Virus record (IMG/VR): IMGVR_UViG_3300010263_000007
Location: 1 to 25,716 of that record
DNA from: a virus
Lineage: Duplodnaviria; Caudoviricetes
Length of the DNA: 25,716 nucleotides
Direction: 5' to 3' (one strand)
Shown in pieces: positions 24,101 to 25,716 of this stretch. Every line of letters begins with the position of its first letter. Within the stretch, counting starts at the first letter, position 1. The position numbers and the translations under genes were made by a program. The notes under the pieces were generated by a model. It was not told the origin of the DNA. It saw only the letters and a list, made by a program, of their open reading frames with translations, and made no database searches.

Positions 24101-24782
24101 TAGTGTTAATGCTATTGCTGGTATGGCCAAAGCCAGTGATGAAGAGCTGCGAAAAATGGTAAGTAACTGGCAGAAACTCCAGGAAGAGCAGATGGCAGTT
24201 GCTGATACCATTGCAGAGCTGGAAACAGATTTCTCGAATTCTATGAATGCTCTGCAGGCCGAGCTTGAAACTGCCATAAAAGACATGGATCTCAGTGAAC
24301 AGGCTGCACAAAGCGGAAAAAATACGATCCAAGGCTTTATCAGCGGCGCTGAGGAATTGCTCCCGGCTGTTGAAAAGGCCTACGCCCAGATAGCCGATGC
24401 AGCAATAAAAGCTATCGATGAAAAACTGCAGATTCATAGCCCTTCAAAAGTATTTGCAGAACGCGGCGAATACGCCATGAGCGGCTTCGTGGGCGGGGTC
24501 GTATCTATGGAGCCGGAAGTTGTTGCTGTCATGTCACAGATGGCTAAGGAAAGCATAAGAGCATTTTCACCAGAAAGTGCGATATCCGCAGAGCCAGGAG
24601 CACCTGGGGGAGATTACATTGTGCTGACTGTTTCCCCAGCTTATTATCTTACTGGGGCGGGGGCGGTTGATACTGCGGCACTGGAATCTACGCTGCACAG
24701 CCATAATGAAAATCTGCGGGAGCTCATACTTGACATACTTGAGGAGGCAGGGATTGACGCAAAAAGGAGGGCTTACGGATGA
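21177..24782 (+). CDS. Tail tape measure protein (TP901-type core)
   Basis: ~1200 aa, Ala/Glu-rich and helical; 'FESAMTGVAKT', 'LGNNFATTE', 'IHSPSKVF'; AAGGAGG RBS upstream of ATG 21177. Confidence 0.95.
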   Translation: MASRKEYEMLFQLNAQLGSSYHSTFRSAMGSIASMQQELQALNKTQSDIAAYQKQQNAVEATRKRLEVLQQQYDNIQQEIDETGTFSATLENRLLSKQLQIDKTSASLSNQISKLEQMRNALREAGINTEDLSGETEKLTSKIDELRQKQEEVADEARNYGAVASAAFGAVQQAIAAAGIVTVLKEIKDLYSEAIEASISFESAMTGVAKTTDLTDEELAAMGEEIKALTLNIPIVAEELAGIGEVAGQLGIAKENLLDFSTVMAMLSTATTMTAEESATMLAQFANITQMDPSYYSNLASAIVDLGNNFATTEQKIIEMAQGIAASASLAGMSEADMLALSAAVTSLGIETQAGSTSMSKLISELMKAVETGEKLDEFASIANMTANEFSEVWGRNAVEALQAFVLGLADTERTGKSAIVILEELGITESRMQRMILSLANSGDMMNRTLNTASRAWAENTALAAEAEKRYATTQSQLIMMQNAYNNLKIAIGDNFTPVLRELYSAATDILTGITEFVQQNPKLVKTITAFIGVIGTATAGITAYVAITKVAAAVSAAFTATIPGVGFIMGAVTGLAALTASIAAFVGEAEDAKREIQALTAASREQYYQLEEMRREYEKVCATMGETSAEAQLLKRKLDEAEDAFEANKLTAEEFAAAQQEVIDAHNELMAAYEETVVSLDDQATSVTNLMNKLEELMAVEGKSAAVKQEILTIVDMLNEAMPELGLAYDQYADSLNMSADAIRALVEAEIAREQNAAKYEQLKKFIAEEGKLYDNLQRAMAETAAAERELADTKAKKAEIEKELDAALKEGRISLSDYGRALAPYQAAVNEAAEVVKEAAEAERIAQEAYDENQAVIKELTEAMAGYTEQVANSGGEIRNVITGITGKMEELAAEYEKTYDAALDSVSGQYKLWDKASEVVATAAWKINDAMESQVKYWQDYNKNLASLRERSADIEGLADMIASFADGSESSVNAIAGMAKASDEELRKMVSNWQKLQEEQMAVADTIAELETDFSNSMNALQAELETAIKDMDLSEQAAQSGKNTIQGFISGAEELLPAVEKAYAQIADAAIKAIDEKLQIHSPSKVFAERGEYAMSGFVGGVVSMEPEVVAVMSQMAKESIRAFSPESAISAEPGAPGGDYIVLTVSPAYYLTGAGAVDTAALESTLHSHNENLRELILDILEEAGIDAKRRAYG

Positions 24783-25000
24783 GCGGGAGGACCTATACAA
24801 CGGTACAGGGAGATATGTGGGACAGCATAGCGTATTCTCAGTTGGGAAGTGTAGCTCATACGGATAAGCTGATGAATCTCAATCCGGAATACCGGGAGTA
24901 TTATATCTTCCCTGCTGGCATAACACTCTTGTTGCCTGATGTCGAGGAAGATGCAACTGATACAACTACGATGCCTCCATGGAAGCAGGTGAGCGGATGA
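24779..25000 (+). CDS. Tail protein X (P2 gpX, LysM-like)
   Basis: 'Y.TVQGDMWDSIAY..LG......LM.LNP......IFPAG..L.LP......MPPWK'. Confidence 0.9.
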   Translation: MSGRTYTTVQGDMWDSIAYSQLGSVAHTDKLMNLNPEYREYYIFPAGITLLLPDVEEDATDTTTMPPWKQVSG

Positions 25001-25716
25001 GCGATAAAGATTTGGCAAGACGCACGGAAGCGGAGATCTACTTTGACGGAGTAGATATCTCCGCTTCTTTACGTCATTTTTTGATTTCACTAACATACAC
25101 GGACAATGAGGAAGATGAAACTGATGATCTGCAGATCATGCTTGCAGATCGTGATGATATTTGGCTTACGAACTGGCTTAATAAGGCGATAGAAGCCGCA
25201 GCATCAAGCCCGGGTGGTTCTGTTTACAAGGTAACAGCAAAGGGAGGGGTAAATGTTCGTAGCGGTCCTGGGACAAATTATAAAAGGCTAGGTGCCATTG
25301 CATATGGTACACAGGTTAGTGTCAAATCCATTACAAAAGGCTGGGCAACAATCAACTACAATAGAAAAACCGCATACGTGAACGCCAGCTATATAACACC
25401 TGCATCCGAAAATGGTGGAAATTCGTCGGTGAAAGGTCTACGAATCCAGGCGGTATTTGTACAGAAAAACTGGACCGGCGATGGGAAGGATAAAATACTC
25501 GATTGTGGCCAGTTTGAACTGGACAGCGTCGAAGCTGGAGGTCCCCCGTCTACTATTTCGATAAAGGGTACTTCACTGCCATTTAGCTCTCAGGTCCGCC
25601 AGACCAAAAAGAGCAAAGCCTGGGAAGCATACACCCTGTCACGTATCGCCAATGAAATAGCCTCGGCCAATGGTATGACATGCATGTATGAATCGGCCAC
25701 GGATCCGTACTATTCC
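24997..25716 (+). CDS. Baseplate hub / late control gpD-like protein with inserted SH3b domain (runs off window)
   Basis: Hand translation MSDKDLARRTEAEIYFDGVDIS...SLTYTDNEEDETDDLQI.L.DRD..W...CGQFELDSVEAGGPPSTISIKG.S.P......QTKKSKAWE..TL..IA.EIA; no stop before the window end. Confidence 0.88.
   Translation, partial: MSDKDLARRTEAEIYFDGVDISASLRHFLISLTYTDNEEDETDDLQIMLADRDDIWLTNWLNKAIEAAASSPGGSVYKVTAKGGVNVRSGPGTNYKRLGAIAYGTQVSVKSITKGWATINYNRKTAYVNASYITPASENGGNSSVKGLRIQAVFVQKNWTGDGKDKILDCGQFELDSVEAGGPPSTISIKGTSLPFSSQVRQTKKSKAWEAYTLSRIANEIASANGMTCMYESATDPYYS

Noticed and set aside
1-25716. Diversity-generating retroelement, intron, intein or IS element
   Set aside because: No reverse transcriptase, TR/VR pair or transposase seen; terL, portal and capsid are of ordinary length without insertions.

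Overview
A (pro)phage segment, most likely from a Bacillota/Clostridia host (strong GGAGG RBSs, sigmaA-type promoters, PcfJ/DUF3102/3D-domain genes). Nearly all real genes are on the + strand. 1-9550 is an early/middle region: XRE/CII-like regulator, small hypotheticals, a GC-rich structured-RNA patch ending in a tRNA-like element, PcfK/PcfJ pair, DUF3102, 3D-domain protein, truncated HD hydrolase, HUH rolling-circle Rep, DUF1064 nuclease and a late activator. 9700-10000 holds the late promoter and a lambda-like cos site. 10061-25716 is morphogenesis: lambda-like terS/terL/gpW/portal, protease-capsid fusion and a P2-like contractile tail (sheath, tube, frameshifting chaperone, tape measure, gpX, gpD with SH3 insert). 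The most unusual signal is a candidate plasmid-style replication-control system in a tailed phage: a small HUH Rep whose leader is overlapped by an antisense sRNA with a perfect consensus promoter, plus a diverged second Rep copy that shares the leader motifs but stops just before the catalytic tyrosine. All family assignments come from motif recognition by eye; no searches were run.
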